A DNA stretch of 62,342 nucleotides, filler included, from Raja brachyura (Eukaryota), in the NCBI GenBank assembly GCA_963514005.1. It is 4 parts of 4 records of this genome, joined end to end, with 100 filler letters (N's around TTAATTAATTAA, not from the genome) between each part and the next. Parts side by side here need not be neighbours in the genome. Positions count along the whole stretch, not along the records: positions 1 to 20,298 come from CAUPSL010001324.1; 3 more parts are not named here. One strand, written 5' to 3'. Every line of letters starts with the position of its first letter. Within the stretch, counting starts at the first letter, position 1. Position numbers and translations under genes: made by a program. The notes under the pieces are model-generated. The model had not been told where the DNA came from. It saw only the letters and a program-made list of their open reading frames with translations, and did not search any database. This document shows positions 1-12,350 of this stretch, piece after piece.

Positions 1-470
1 TCACCAGACTGATTCCTGGGATGTCAGGACTGTCTTATGAACAAAGACTGCATAGACTCGTTTTATACTCTCTAGAATTTAGGAGATTGAGAGGGGATCT
101 TATAGAAACTTACAAAATTCTTAAGGGGTTGGACAGGCTAGATGCAGGAAGATTGTTCCCGATGTTGGGGAGGTCCAGGACAAGGGGTCACAGCTTAAGT
201 ATAAGGGGGAAATCCTTTAGGACCGAGATGAGAAGGACTTTTTTTACACAGAGAGTGGTGGGTCTATGGAACTCTCTGCCACAGAGGGTAGTTGAGGCCA
301 GTTCATTGGCTATATTTAAGAGGGCGCTAGATGTGGCCCTTGTGGCTAAGGGGATCAGAGGGTATGGAGAGAAGGCAGGTACGGGTTACTGAGTTGGATG
401 ATCAGCCATGATCATATTGAATGGCGGTGCAGGCTCGAAGGGCCGAATGGCCTACTCCTGTACCTAATGT
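1..470 (+). mobile_element. CR1 (HER1-like) LINE 3' fragment; representative of dozens of copies across the window
   Basis: ORF2 C-terminal motifs ([27 protein letters not shown], FFTQRVVxLWNSLP) plus the recurrent 3' tail gatcagccatgatc...gaagggccgaatggcctactcctgcacc. Confidence 0.9.
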
Positions 471-1461
471 CTATGAACCGGCCTCCACCGCCCTCTGAGG
501 CAGAGAATTCCACAGACTCACAACTCTCTGTGAGAAAAAGTGTTTCCTTGTCTCCGTTCTAAATGGCTTACCCCTTATTCTTAAACTGTGGCCCCTGGTT
601 CTGGACTCCCCCAACACCGGGAACATGTTTCGTGCCTCTAGCATGTCCAAACCCTTAACAATCTTATATGTTTCAATAAAATCCCCTCTCATCCTTCTAA
701 ACTCCAGAGTGTACAAGCCCAGCCGCTCCATTCTCTCAGCATATGACAGTCCCGCCATTCCAGGAATTAACCTTGTAAACCTACACTGCACTCCCTCAAT
801 AGCAAGAATGTCCTTCCTCAAATTAGGGGACCAAGACTGCACACAATACTCTAGGTGTGATCTCACCAGGGCTCTGTACAACCGCAGAAGGACCTCTTTG
901 CTCCTATACTCGACTCCTCTTGTTGTAAGCCATTCGCTTTCTTCACTGCCTGCTATACCTACAGTCACTGGATGTTTACAAGAGAGAGTGAGATTTAGCT
1001 CTTAGGGCTGACGGAACCAAGGGATAGGGGGAGAAAGCAGGAACGGGGTACTGATTGGGGATGATCAGCCATGGATCAGATTGAATGGCGGTGCTGGCTC
1101 GAAGGGCCGAATGGCCTACTCCTGCACCTCTTGTCTATCGTCTATTGAATGGCAGTGTTGGCTCGAAGGGCTGAATGGCCTACTCCTGCACATATTATGT
1201 ACCATCTATTGAATGGCTTTGCTGGCATGAAGGGCCGAATGGCCTACTCCTGCACCTATTATTTACCATCTGTTGAATGGCATTGCTGGCTCGAAGGGCC
1301 GAATGGCCTACTCCTGCACCTATTGTCTACCATCTATTGAATGGCTTTGCTGGCATGAAGGGCCGAATGGCCCACTCCTGCACCTATTGTCTATGTTTCT
1401 ATGTTGTCTCTAATCCAGGCTGCTTTCAACCTGTGCCTCGTTCCCCAATTTGTTTGTGCAG

Positions 1462-1731
1462 CTCCCACCTACACCAGGGCCTACACCTGGAGGAGGCTGG
1501 CACAAGGCTACCTGGTGTGCCGGGCGAGCGGCTTCTTCCCCCGGGACGTCAACGTGAGCTGGGTCAGAGACGGAGAGGTGGTGGAGAGCGGGCAGGAGAC
1601 GGTCGACGTCGTTCCTCAACGCGATGGGACCTTCCAAGTCAGGAGCGTGCGCCCGCTAAACGGCGGTGGCGGGAAGTACGTCTGTCAAGTGGAACACGAG
1701 GCCGTCAAGGGCAAGCTCTTCATACCTCTGG
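1462..1731 (+). CDS. Gene 1 exon: MHC membrane-proximal C1-set Ig domain (W-category beta2-like or class I alpha3-like); upstream exons not in window
   Basis: Acceptor tttgtgcag|, donor G|gtgagg, phase 1/1, 270 bp. Translation APTYTRAYTWRRLAQGYLVCRASGFFPRDVNVSWVRDG...VVPQRDGTFQVRS...YVCQVEHEAVKGKLFIPL has C1-set motifs (LxC, GFFP, W, YxCxVxH) and class I-type PxxDGTFQ rather than class II beta NGDWTFQ. Confidence 0.9.
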
Positions 1732-3590
1732 GTGAGGGATACGTGAAAAGATCACAGCCGGCCCGTCGATCGACACAAAGTGTAGCAATGTTACAAAATT
1801 TTGAGATTTAAAAGATCGTCTGCAATTTATCCCATCAGATAAAGCATAAAAAGAAGTTTAATTTGACACCTAATTCACTTTCATATCTTCAGTATTAAAA
1901 AAGTTATGGCCATTTTCATACTCTGAAATTAGCATCTTGTTCCCCATTGCTTTTCCATTGACTTAACACAAAAGCTGTGATCGATCACAGTCAAAAGCCC
2001 ATAACTTTCTTAGAAATTAAGAGAACTCAATGAAATTTACAGTTATTATAGATTGAAGCATTCTGAAACAAATATGAAACAATCTTAATTGAATGACCTG
2101 AAATTAAAACAATTACGGCACGGAAACAGGCCTTCTCGGCCCTTCCAGTCCGTGCCGACCATTTATTTTCCCCTAGTCCCGTTTACTTGGATGACCTGAA
2201 ATTAAAGCATATAATTAGTTAGTTACCTAATTGTAGCTAATTACAAAATTCAATTACTAGATCTAAACATCTATCCATTTCTTAAAAAAAGATTAACATT
2301 TTTAAATAGCCTAAGAGTCCAAATAACATTCACACAAGAATTCACAACATAACTTGATTTTTAAATCTCAATGTCATGAATTTATAGGCCAAATGGAAGG
2401 TATTTAGCGTTTAATTCCCGTAAATTAATGGCCATTTAAATCATCTTGCGAGTGGGATATTGTGGAATGTGATCAGACAGACAGACAACAGACAATAGGT
2501 GCAGGAGTAGGCCATTCGGCCCTTCGAGCCAGCACCGCCTTTTAATGTGATCATGGCCGATCATCCCCAATCAGTACCCCGTTCCTGCCTTCTCCCCATA
2601 TCCCCCAACTCTGCTATTTTTAAGAGCCCTATCTAGCTCGCTCTTGAGAGCATCCAGAGAACCTTCCTCCTCCGCCTTCTGAGGCAGAGAATTCCACAAA
2701 CTCACCACTCTCTGTGAGAAAAAGTGTTTCCTCGTCTCCTTTCTAAATGGCTTACTCCTTATTCTTAAACTGTGGCCCCTGGATCGATTGGTTGCTGTGA
2801 ATTTAAACCCCATATCGGCAGAAAAAATACTGCCGGTTCGTATGGGTCTAAATCACTGGGTCAGGACTTTCATATGAGGAAAGACTGGATAGACTCGGCT
2901 TGTATCCGCTGGAATTTAGACGATTGAGGGGGGATCTTATAGAAACTTACAAAATTCTTAAGGGGTTGGACAAGCTAGATGCTGGAAGATTGTTCCCGAT
3001 GTTGGGGGAGTCCAGAACAAGGGGTCACAGTCTAAGGATAAGGGGGAATTCCTTTAGGACCGAGATGAGGAAAACATTCTTTACACAGACAGTGGTGAGT
3101 GGTGAGTGGTGAATTCTCTGCCACAGAAGGTAGTTGAGGCCAGTTCATTGGCTATATTTAAGAGGGCCTTAGATGTGGCCCTTGTGGCTAAAGGGATCAG
3201 GGGGTATGGAGAGAAGGCAGGTACGGGATACTGAGTTGGATGATCAGCCATGATCACATTGAATGGCGGTGCAGGCTCGAAGGGCCGAATGGCCTACTCC
3301 TGCACCTATGTTTCTATGTTTCTATGTTTCTATTCTAAGAAGCACGTTTATATCTAAAATAAACGGTTTACCTTGCTTTGTCCCGTACGTGATATCCGTC
3401 CCGTTGTCGGCGTTGACGGCTTTAGACGTCGATTTTTATTTTACTCCTACTATTAAATTATCCAGCGATATTTTTTAAAAACTTGATAAAACGCAAGTTG
3501 GATCGATTATTCTTCAGCAGCTAGACAGCCTGACAAAGGTCGACTTCGACAGGCTGGTTACCTGGACTTCACAAAGTGTCTTCTCTGCAG

Positions 3591-3704
3591 AACGCAACCT
3601 GGTAGTTTCGAACGAAGCTTTGATCATCATTGGAAGTGTGATGGGACTTCTAGGAATCTCCGCAGCGGTGGTGGCCACGGTGATTCATTGCTGGCTCCTC
3701 CATG
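3591..3704 (+). CDS. Gene 1 connecting peptide/transmembrane exon
   Basis: ttctctgcag| ... G|gtaagt, 114 bp, phase 1/1. Encodes ERNLVVSNEALIIIGSVMGLLGISAAVVATVIHCWLLH, a hydrophobic helix with a GxxxGxxG pattern. Confidence 0.85.
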
Positions 3705-3991
3705 GTAAGTTAATGCTGTGGGAGGGGCGGTGAACACGATAGACAAAGCAGTCAGGCCTCGCTGACTGCCATCTTGGGCCTAGGCCGCAGGCTTCAGTTG
3801 CCATGGCAACCTGCGGCCTAGTCAAGGGCTCATTGGAACAGAAACGTAAAAACATAGAAAATAGGTGCAGGAGTAAAGGCCATTTGGCCCTTCGAGCCAG
3901 CACCGCCATTCAATGTGATCATGGCTGATCATCCCCAATCAGTACCCCGTTCCTGCTGTCTCCCCATATCCCCTGACTCCACTATCTTTAA

Positions 3992-4621
3992 TGAAAGAAT
4001 GGATATGTGAGATATAGTTTGTGCTCACAATCACTACTCAGAGACTAAAGCGTGGAAACAAGAGATGCTTTTTATTTGCGAGTCTGCAGAATCGGGTGCC
4101 TCTCCAAGTTGAGACACACCGAAGTCAGAACAGTAAAGCCCCTTTATACACACAATTCTGCTGGCTTAACCTCCCCTTCTGGCTCTTCCCAATCAGAGCA
4201 CTGAGGTGCACAGTACGTCCCCCAGTACGTCCCACATCATACGTCGCATGTTCATGATAATGAGCAATTTCTCGACTAGGGGTGTGTAAGTAATATTCAT
4301 TTATTTCATTAAGCATGCCCAGTTGCAATTGGCCTGGCCTAGTTTTCTCACCTCCAACTGACCTGTCTCAGTTTTTTTATATCTGAACTAAAGCTAGTCT
4401 CTACTGACAAGGGTCCCATCCATCACTAGTCCCTACTGACAAGGGTCCCATTCAGCACTCCCCTTCTACCGCTATACAATGCCATCAATCCTCACTCAAG
4501 GACAGTTCTGGTAACTTCATTCCCAGCTGTGTCAGCATCCTCTCCCTGGCCTCTGTCGGCTAGAATCCTGTTTACAAGTTAGAATCCTCTCCTGAATCCT
4601 TACGATAGTGGGGTTTAATCA
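3992..4621 (-). mobile_element. Solo LTR, about 630 bp
   Basis: TG...CA termini and 6-bp TSD CTTTAA (3986-3991, 4622-4627). On the - strand: inverted CCAAT (4189-4193), TATAAA (4148-4143), then AATAAA (4076-4071). Confidence 0.7.
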
Positions 4622-5749
4622 CTTTAAGTTAATTGGCCAAGTTTTCACATACAAGGTAATTGCCTTGGAGCAACTGCGGAGCATCCCGGACAACGCGGCC
4701 CACCCCCTCCGTGACACACTGGTCAACCTGAGGAGCACCTCCAGCACCAGACTGGTTCCACCAAAATGCAGCACAGAAGGCCACAGGAGATCCTTCTTCC
4801 CTGTGGCCATCAAATGGTACAAATCCTCCCCCTTCTGCCGTGGGGTAGACTGGCTCCCCCCCCCCCCCCCCCAATCTTTCCACTCATCACTTCAAATTCA
4901 TGTTTCATGGATCTTGTGTTTTATGATGGTACACAAAATGCTGGAGAAACTCAGCGGGTGCAGCAGCATCTATGGAGCGAAGGAGATAGGCACCGTTTCA
5001 GGCCGAAACCCTTCTTCAGACTAAAATGTGTTTTATGACGGTTGGCAGATCAATTTCCTTCCTGCCATGTGTACAGTTCTATCGTATTGTTCCATATTGT
5101 ACCACTCAGACAATAGACAATAGATGCAGAAGTCGAGGTCATTTAACCCTTCAAGCCAGCACCGCCATTCAATGTGATCATGGCTGATCGTCCCCAATCA
5201 ATACCCCGTTCCTGCCTTCTCCCCATATCCCCTGACTCTGCTATCTTTAAGAGCCCTATCTAGCTCTCGCTTGTCCATGGCTGATCATCCACACTCCATA
5301 CCCCGTTCCTGCCCTCTCCCCATATCCCCTGACTCTGCTATCTTTAAGAGCCCTATCTAGCTCTCTCTTGAAAGCATGCAGAGAATCGGCCTCCACTGCC
5401 TTCCGAGGCAGAGAATTCCACAGATTCGCAACCCGCTGTGTGAAAAACGTTTTTCCTCGTCTCCGTTCTAAACGGCAGACCCCTTATTCTTAAACTCTGT
5501 GTGTGTGTGGCCCCTGGTTCTGGACTCCCCCAACATCGGGAACATGTTTCCTGCCTCTAACGTGTCCAAACCCTTAATAATCTTATATGTTTCAATAAGA
5601 TCCCCTCTCATCCTTTTAAATTCCTGAGTGTACAGGCCCAGCTGCTCCATTCTCTCAACATATGACAGTCCCGCCATCCCGGGAATTAACCTGGTGAACC
5701 TACGCTGGGCTCCCTCAATAGCAAGAATGTCCTTCCTCAAATTAGCAGA

Positions 5750-6183
5750 CCAAAACTGCACACAACACTCCAGGTGTGGTCTCACCAGGGCCCTGTACAA
5801 CTGCAGAAGGACCTCTTTGCTCCTATACTCAACTCCTCTTGTTATGAAGGCCAACAGGCCAAAACTGCACACAATACTCCAGGTGTGGTCTCACCAGGGC
5901 CCTGTACAACTGCAGAAGGACCTCTTTGCTCCTATACTCAACTCCTCTTGTTATGAAGGCCAACAGGCCAAAACTGCACACAATACTCCAGGTGTGGTCT
6001 CACCAGGGCCCTGTACAACTGCAGAAGGACCTCTTAGCTCCTATACTCAACTCCTGTTGTTATGAAGGCCAACAGGCCAAAACTGCACACAATACTCCAG
6101 GTGTGGTCTCACCAGGGCCCTGTACAACTGCAGAAGGACCTCTTTGCTCCTATACTCAACTCCTCTTGTTATGAAGGCCAACA
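5750..6183 (-). repeat. 4 x 109-bp tandem duplication of a CR1 ORF2 segment
   Basis: Unit ccaaaactgcacacaatactccagg...gaaggccaacagg starts at 5750, 5859, 5968 and 6077. Confidence 0.85.
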
Positions 6184-6902
6184 TATAACCATATAACCAT
6201 ATTACAATTACAGCACGGAAATAGGCCTTCTCGGCCCTTCCAGTCCGTGCCGACCATTTATTCTCCCCTAGTCCCATCTACCTGCACTCAGACCAAACCC
6301 CTCCATTCCCTTCCCGTCCATATACCTATCCACTTTCCTTTTAAATGTTAAAATCGATCCTGCCTCCACCACTTCTGCAGGAAGATCATTCCACACAGCC
6401 ACCACTCTCTGAGTAAAGAAGTTCCCCCTCATGTTACCCCTAAACTTCTGTCCCTTAATTCTCATGTCATGCCCTCTTGTTTGAATCTTCCCTACCCTCA
6501 ATGGGAAAAGCTTATCCACGTCAACTCTGTCTATCCCTTTCATCATTTTAAAGACCTCAATCAAGTCCCCCCTGTACAACTGCAGAAGGACCTAATTGCT
6601 CCGATACTCAACTCCTCTTGTTATGAAGGCCAACAGGCCAAAACTGCACACATGCCATTCGCTTTCTTCACTGCCTGCTGCACCTGCATGCTTACTTGAT
6701 GTGGAGTGAATTTATAGAGGTGTGTAAGATCATGAGAGGAATAGATCGGGTAGACGCACAATCCTTTTACCCAGAGTAGGGGAATTAAGATCTAGACACC
6801 ACAGTGCAGGTTTAATGTGAGGAGGGAAAGATTTAATAGGAACCTGAGGAGCTTGTTTCAATATTGATGCGAGACATGTAATCTCTCCATTTCTTTGCGC
6901 AG

Positions 6903-6932
6903 GTGGAAAGAAGTCAGACGTTACTCCAACAG
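6903..6932 (+). CDS. Gene 1 putative cytoplasmic exon 1
   Basis: ttctttgcgcag| ... G|gtgggc, 30 bp, phase 1/1. Encodes GGKKSDVTPT with basic stop-transfer residues; lies in a non-repeat island. Confidence 0.6.
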
Positions 6933-8067
6933 GTGGGCAAAAAGTCTCATTAGCTTTTGTATAATGTAGACGTAAGCCTAATATCCCACCCCCAAGAAGT
7001 ACGGAAACATAGAAACATCGAAAATAGGTGCAGGAGGAGGCCATTCGGCCCTTCGAGCCCGCACCGCCATTCATTGTCATCATGGCTGATCGTCCCCAAT
7101 CAATAACCCGTGCCTGCCTTCTCCCCGTGTCCCTTGACTCCACTGGCCCCTAGAGCTCTATCTAACTCTCTCTTAAATCCATCCAGTGACATTCGGCCCT
7201 TCGAGCCTACACCGCCATTCAATATGATCATGGCTGATTATCCAACTCAGTATCCTGTACCTGCCTTCTCCCCATACCCCCTGATCCCTTTAGCCACAAG
7301 GGCCACATTCCTGCATTCCTCAATTCGCTCCCATTTACCATGTTAAAAGGTTACACAGAAACATAGAAATTAGGTGCAGGAGTAGGCCATTCGGCCCTTC
7401 GAGCCTGCACTGCCATTCAATATGATCATGGCTGATCATCCAACTCAGTATCCCGTACCTGCCTTCTCTCCATACCCTCTGATCCCCTTAGCCACAAGGG
7501 CCACATCTAACTCCCTCTTAAATATAGCCAATGAACTGGCCTCAACTACGCTCTGTGGCAGAGAGTTCCAGAGACCCACCACTCTCTGTGTAAAGAATGT
7601 TTTCCTCATCTCGGTCCTAAAGGAATTCCCTCTTATCCTTAAACTGTGACCTCTTGTTCTGGACCTCCCCAACATCGGGAACAATCTTCCTGCATCTAGC
7701 CTGTCCAACCCCTTAAGAATTTTGTAAGTCTCTATAAGATCCTCCCTCAATCTTCTAAATTCTAGCGAGTACAAGCCGAGTCTATCCAGTCTTTCCTCAT
7801 ATGGAAGTCCTGACACGCCAGGAATCAGTCTGAGGAACCTTCTCTGTACTCCCCTCTATGACAAGAATGTCTTTCCTCAGATTTGGTGACCAAAACTGTA
7901 CGCAATACACCAGGTGTGGTCTCACCAAAACCCTGTCCTGTCATGTTGTTACTTGTGGGTGGAGCACCAAGGCAAATTCCTTGTATGTGAATACTCTGCC
8001 AATAAACCTACTTAAACTTAAATCCAATAAATAATGTCTAAATAATGTGACTTTGCTCTTCCCACAG

Positions 8068-8166
8068 TAGGCTTCAACAAGGAGACTGGGTTATGCCGAG
8101 CCTACACTTGCGGTGGGAGTGTGCATTCCAGCACATCTAACAGCTCAGATTCCAGCGGAGATTCAG
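8068..8166 (+). CDS. Gene 1 putative cytoplasmic exon 2
   Basis: ctcttcccacag| (NAGNAG cag/tag) ... G|gtacga, 99 bp, phase 1/1. Encodes VGFNKETGLCRAYTCGGSVHSSTSNSSDSSGDS. Confidence 0.65.
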
Positions 8167-8562
8167 GTACGATGAGACCCAGGAACAGAATTAGATCCGA
8201 ATATAGTAGCAATGTTACATAATTTTGATATTTTAAAAATCAAGTCTGCAATTTATCCCATCAGATAAAGCATACAAAGAAGTTTAATTTGACACCTAAT
8301 TCACTTTCATATCTTCAGTATTAAAAAAGTTATGGCCATTTTCATACTCGGAAATTAGCATCTTGTTCCCCATTGCTTTTCCATTGACTTAACCCAAAAG
8401 TTGTGATCGATGACAGTCAAAAGCTCATAACTTTCTTAAAAATTAAGAGAACTGAAATAAATTTTCAGTTATTATAGATTGAAGCATTCTGAAACAAATA
8501 TGAAACAATCTTACTTGGATGACCTGAAATTAAAGCATATAATTAGTTAGTTACCCAATTAA

Positions 8563-9066
8563 CCATATAACCATATAACAATTACAGCACGGAAACAGGC
8601 CTTCTCGGCCCTTCCAGTCCGTGCCGACCATTTATTTTCCCCTAGTCCCATCTACCTGCACTCAGACCATACCCCTCCATTCCCTTCCCGTCCATATACC
8701 TATCCACTTTACTTTTAAATGTTAAAATCGATCCTGCCTCCACCACTTCTGCTGGAAGATCATTCCACACAGCCACCACTCTCTGAGTAAAGAAGTTCCC
8801 CCTCATGTTACCCCTAAACTTCTGTCCCTTAATTCTCATGTCATGCCCTCTTGTTTGAATCTTCCCTACCCTCAATGGGAAAAGCTTATCCACGTCAACT
8901 CTGTCTATCCCTTTCATCATTTTAAAGACCTCAATCAAGTCCCCCCTTAACCTTCTGCGCTCCAAAGAATAAAGACCTAACTTGTTCAACCTTTCTCTGT
9001 AACTTAGTTGCTGGAACCCAGGCAATGTTCTAGTAAATCTCCTCTGTACTCTCTCTATTTTGTTGA
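8563..9066 (-). mobile_element. Second CR1 family, young near-identical 3' fragments (also about 6190-6570, 20557-20945, 28510-28990)
   Basis: [29 protein letters not shown]...FFTQRVVAVWNDLP is almost identical among copies. This copy is nested in the AT-rich DNA element. Confidence 0.85.
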
Positions 9067-10609
9067 ATTACAAAATTCAATTACTAGATCTAAACATCTA
9101 TCCATTTCTTAAGAAAAGATGAACATTTTTTAATAGCCCAAGTGTCCAAATAACATTCACACAAGAATTCACAAATATAACATGATTTTTAAATCTCATT
9201 GTTATGAATTTATAGGGCAAATTGAAAGAATTTAGTGTTTAATGACAGTAAATTAATGGCCATTTAAATCATCTTGCGAGTGAGATTTTGTGGAACGCGA
9301 TGGATTAGAACGCTGTGGTTGCGGTGAATTTAAACCCCATATCGGCAGGAAAAATACTGCCGGTTCGTATGGGGCCTAAATCACCGTTTCGCAACAAGCA
9401 GGTTGTTAAATAAGGAATTGCAGATGCTGGAGAATCGAGGGTAAACAAAAGGCTGGAGAAACTCAGCGGGTGCAGCAGCATCTGAGGAGCGAAGGAGATG
9501 GGCGACGTTTCGGGTCGAGACACTTCTTGAGACTGGTTAGGGATCAGCGAAACGAGAGATATGGACGGTGATGTGGAGAGATAAAGAACAATGAATGTAA
9601 GATATGCGAAAAAGTATCGATGATAAAGGAAACGGGCCATTGTAAGCTGTTTGTAGTGTGAAAATGAGACTTGGGTGGGGGAGGGATAGAGAGAGAGGGA
9701 ATGCCAGGGCCCGAGGGCTGAGGGAGAGGTGGGAAGGGGAGGAGACAGCCAGGGTTAACAGAATTGAGAAAATTCAATGTTTAAGCCCAGAAAAAGTGTT
9801 TCCTTGTCTCCGTTCTAAATGGCCGACCCCTTATTCTTAAACTGTGTGTGGCCCCTGGTTCTGGACTCCCCCAACATCGGGAACATGTTTCCTGCCTCTA
9901 GCGTGTCCAAACCCGTAACAATCTTATATGTTTCAATAAGATCCCCTCTCATCCTTCTAAACTCCAGAGTGTACAAGCCCAGCCGCTCCATTCTCTCAGC
10001 ATATGACAGTCCTGCCATCCCGGGAATTAACCTGGCGAACCTACGCTGGGCTCCCTCAATAGCAAGAATGTCCTTCCTCAAATTAGGGGACCAAAACTGC
10101 ACACAATACCCCAGGTGTGGTCTCACCAGGGCCCTGTACAACTGCAGAAGGACCTCTTTGCTCCTGTACTCAACTCCTCTTGTTATGAAGGCCAACAGAC
10201 CAAAACTGCACACAATACTCCAAGTGTGGGCTCACCAGGGCCCTGTACAACTGCAGAAGGACCTCTTTGCTCCTATACTCAACTCCTCTTGTTATGAAGG
10301 CCAACAGACCAAAACTGCACTCAATACTCCAGGTGTGGTCTCACCAGGGCCCTGTACAACTGCAGGAGGACCTCTTTGCTCCTGTACTCAACTCCTCTTG
10401 TTATGAAGGCCAACAGGCCATTCGCTTTCTTCACTGCCTTGCACTAAACGTTATTCCCTTAACATGTATCTATACACTGTAAATGGCTGGATTGTAATCA
10501 TGTACAGTCTTTCCGCTGACTGGTTAGCACGCAACAAAAGCTTTTCACTGTTCCTCGGTACACATGACAAAAATTAAACCGAACTTACACTTTGTGTTTT
10601 TTTTTGCAG

Positions 10610-10638
10610 CTCATGGCTTGACTAAATCTTCAGCGTAA
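10610..10638 (+). CDS. Gene 1 putative last coding exon
   Basis: Strong acceptor ttttttttgcag|. Encodes AHGLTKSSA* in phase 1. A possible donor (G|gtacat) directly after the stop suggests a separate 3' UTR exon. Confidence 0.6.
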
Positions 10639-11223
10639 GGTACATTCATCCAGTTTTATTCTTAATGGATTTAAGAGAGAGTTAGATGGAGCTCTCGGGG
10701 CTAGTGGAGTTAAGGGATATGGGGAGAAGGCAGGCACGGGTTATTGATAGGGGACGATCAGCCATGATCACAATGAATGGCGGTGCTGGCTCGAAAGGCC
10801 GAATGGCCTCCTCCTGCACCTATTTTCTATGTTTCCATGTTACTCTGGGCAAGAGACTCTGTGCTTCTGCCCGACCTATTCCTCTCATGATTTTGTCCAC
10901 CTCTATAAGATCACCCCTCATCCTCCTGCGTTCCAAGGAATAGAGACCCAGCCCTGCCCCGACCTCTCCCTGTGGCTCACACCCTCGAGTCCCGGCAACA
11001 TCCTCGTAAATCTTTTCAAGATGCTGTCGGGTCTCCGGTGTCGTTGGGCCTAACATCGTGGAGCCGGTCGGAACGAACCTGAGGGGGGCTCCAGTCGCGG
11101 AGCCTGCGGGCCTGCCATCGCGGAGCTGGCCGACTCCGGAGCGTGGAGAGCCATGGCGGCCCGACTCCGGAGCTTCGGAGGCTCCGGCCACAGGCCCGGT
11201 GGACAGGAACATCGGGAACAACA

Positions 11224-12350
11224 TTTAAACCAGCCTCTGCAGTTATTTCCTAAACATACTCGTCCAAGGGGGACCCGTTGGGTCTCATTGTCACACGGGA
11301 GGCCTGGTCCTCCAATGCAATATTCTACCACACACCCATAGCCCCCAAACTTCAGGCAGCCCCGACATTCCCTCTGTCTCTATCCCTCGGTTTAAACCAG
11401 CCTCTGCAGTTATTTCCTAAACATACTAGTCCAAGAGGGACCCGTTGGGTCTCATTCTCACACAGACGGCCTGGTCCTCCAATGCAATATTCCACCACAC
11501 ACCCATAGCCCCCAAACTTCAGGCAGCCCCGACATTCCCTCTGTCTCTATCCCTCAGTTTAAACCAGCCTCTGCAGTTATTTCCTAAACATACTAGTCCA
11601 AGAGGGACCCGTTGGGTCTCATTCTCACACAGACGGCCTGGTCCTCCAATGCAATATTCCACCACACACCCATAGCCCCCAAACTTCAGGCAGCCCCGAC
11701 ATTCCCTCTGTCTCTATCCCTCGGTTTAAACCAGCCTCTGCAGTTATTTCCTAAACATACTAGTACAAGAGGGACCCGTTGGGTCTCATTCTCACACGGA
11801 CGGCCTGATTCCACAACGCAATGTTCCACCACACACCCATAGCTCCCAAACTTCAGGCAGTCCCGACATTCCCTCTGTCTCTATCCCTCGGTTTAAACCA
11901 GCCTCTGCTGTTATTTCCTAAACATACTAGTCCAAGGGGGACCCGTCGGGTCTCATTGTCACACGGGAGGCCTGGTCCTCCAATGCAATATTCCACCACA
12001 CACCCATAGCTCCCAAACTTCAGGCAGTCCCGACATTCCCTCTGTCTCTATCCTTCGGTTTAAAGCAGCCTCTGCAGTTATTTCCTAAACATACTAGTCC
12101 AAGGGGGACCCATTGGGTCTCATTCTCACACAGACGGCCTGGTCCTCCAATGCAATATCCCACCACACACCCATAGCTCCCAAACTTCAGGCAGCCCTGA
12201 TATTCCCTCTGTCTCTATCCTTCGGTTTAAACCAGCCTCTGCAGTTATTTCCTAAACATACTAGTCCAAGGGGGACCCATTGGGTCTCATTCTCACACGG
12301 ACGGCCTGGTCCCACAACGCAATGTTCCACCACTCACACATAGCTCCCAA
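11224..12350. repeat. 167-bp tandem repeat, about 6.7 copies
   Basis: Unit tttaaaccagcctctgcagttatttcctaaacatactagtccaag...; repeated ORF starts at 11278, 11445 and 11612 give the period. Confidence 0.9.

Noticed and set aside
11224-12350. CRISPR-like array
   Set aside because: Whole units repeat with no unique spacers, and the context is eukaryotic.
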